Assembly (NCBI GenBank): GCA_030390025.1
Contig: CM059431.1
Location: forward strand, 121,212,001-121,276,000
Length of the DNA: 64,000 nt
Source of the DNA: Squalus acanthias
Lineage: Eukaryota
Direction: 5' to 3'
The notes under the pieces are model-generated. The model had not been told where the DNA came from, searched no databases, and was given only the letters and a program-made list of their open reading frames with translations. Made by a program: the position numbers and the translations under genes. This document shows, piece after piece, positions 62,684 to 64,000 of this stretch. Every line of letters starts with the position of its first letter. Positions within the stretch are counted from its first letter, which is position 1.

Positions 62684-64000
62684 CACATCACCCAGACACA
62701 TTGCACCACACGCACTGGCACACTTCACCCAAACACATTATATCACATTCACTGACACACTTTACCCAAACACATTGCACCACACTCACTGACACACATC
62801 ACCCAAACACATTGCACCACACTCACTGACACACTTCACCCAAAAACATTGCACCACACTCACTGACACACTTCACCCAAACACATTGCACCACACTCAC
62901 TGACACACTTCACCCAAACACATTGCACCACACTCACTGACACACTTCACCCAAACACATTGCAGCACACTCACTGACACACATCACCCAAACACATTGC
63001 ACCACACTCACTGACACACTTCACCCAAACACATTGCACCACACTCACTGACACACATCACCCAAACACATTGCACCACACTCACTGACACACATCACCC
63101 AAACACATTGCACCACACTCACTGACACACTTCACCCAAACACATTGCACCACACTCACTGACACACTTCACCCAAACACATTGCACCACACTCACTGAC
63201 ACACATCACCCAAACACATTGCACCACACTCACTGACACACTTCACCCAAACACATTGCACCACACTCACTGACACACATCACCCAAACACATTGCACCA
63301 CACTCACTGACACACTTCACCCAAACACATTGCTCCACACTCACTGACACACTTCACCCAAACACATTGCAGCACACTCACTGACACACTTCACCCAAAC
63401 ACATTGCACCACACTCACTGACACACTTCACCCAAACACACTGCTCCACACTCGCTGACACACTTCACCCAAACACATTGCACCACACTCACTGACACAC
63501 TTCACCCAAACATATTGCACCACACTCACTGACACGCTTCACCCAAAAACATTGCACCACACTCACTGACACACATCACCCAAACACATTGCACCACACT
63601 CACTGACACACTTCACCCAAAAACATTGCACCACACTCACTGACACACATCACCCAAACACATTGCTCCACACTCACTGATACACTTCACTCAAACACAT
63701 TGCACCACACTCACTGACACATTTCACCCAAAAACATTGCAGCACACTCACTGACACACATCACCCAAACACATTGCTCCACACTCACTGATACACATCA
63801 CCCAAACACATTGCACCACACTCACTGACACATTTCACCCAAAAACATTGCACCACACTCACTGACACACTTCACCCAAACACATTGCAGCACACTCACT
63901 GACACACATCACCCAAACACATTGCACCACACTCACTGACACAGATCACCCAAACACATTGCTCCACACTCACTGATACACATCACCCAAACACATTGCA
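62684..64000. repeat. 37-bp minisatellite, about 35 copies, running off the window
   Basis: Unit cacccaaacacattgcaccacactcactgacacac(t/a)t; period 37 (e.g. 62837, 62874). Confidence 0.97.

Larger units (their letters stand above)
60310..64000 (-). mobile_element. Harbinger element end with a Myb/SANT exon on + (60584-62455) split by a solo LTR
   Basis: Starts ggactgaaaattc; MAQQGRERAPRFSDAALEALLQGAKRRRQV|LYPQG...WEEIAEAVN...NWIQC*KKFNDL..VK|gtcagt. Confidence 0.8.

Noticed and set aside
62684..64000. 37-bp repeat as a CRISPR array
   Set aside because: Units are head-to-tail with no unique spacers, there are no cas genes, and the context is eukaryotic.

Overview
This is eukaryotic, repeat-saturated DNA, most likely intronic or intergenic sequence from a cartilaginous fish. 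That assignment is inferred from HE1/V-SINE-like, DeuSINE (SacSINE1-like), CR1 and L2 repeats. I cannot confidently identify any host protein-coding gene, rRNA, functional tRNA or CRISPR array, and most ORF-track entries are transposon debris. The window contains four large CR1 LINE remnants, an L2 nested antisense inside another L2, a tRNA-headed LINE remnant and several SINEs. It also holds about 15 PIF/Harbinger-type elements and MITEs (about 12-bp GG-starting TIRs, 3-bp TSDs), many with convergent transposase and Myb/SANT gene remnants. There are three ~1.6-kb LTRs of one retroelement family: two solo LTRs with 4-bp TSDs, and one 3' LTR preceded by a PPT and the C-terminal part of an unusual envelope-like gene, possibly foamy/loki-like. 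A ~35-copy 37-bp minisatellite arose from a Harbinger Myb-gene intron. The most interesting items are the env-PPT-long-LTR retrovirus relic, the transposase-gutted Harbingers that keep their Myb gene and carry a conserved hairpin and a CRE/TTAAAGGG module, and the transposon-born satellite. All family assignments come from motif recognition without database searches.
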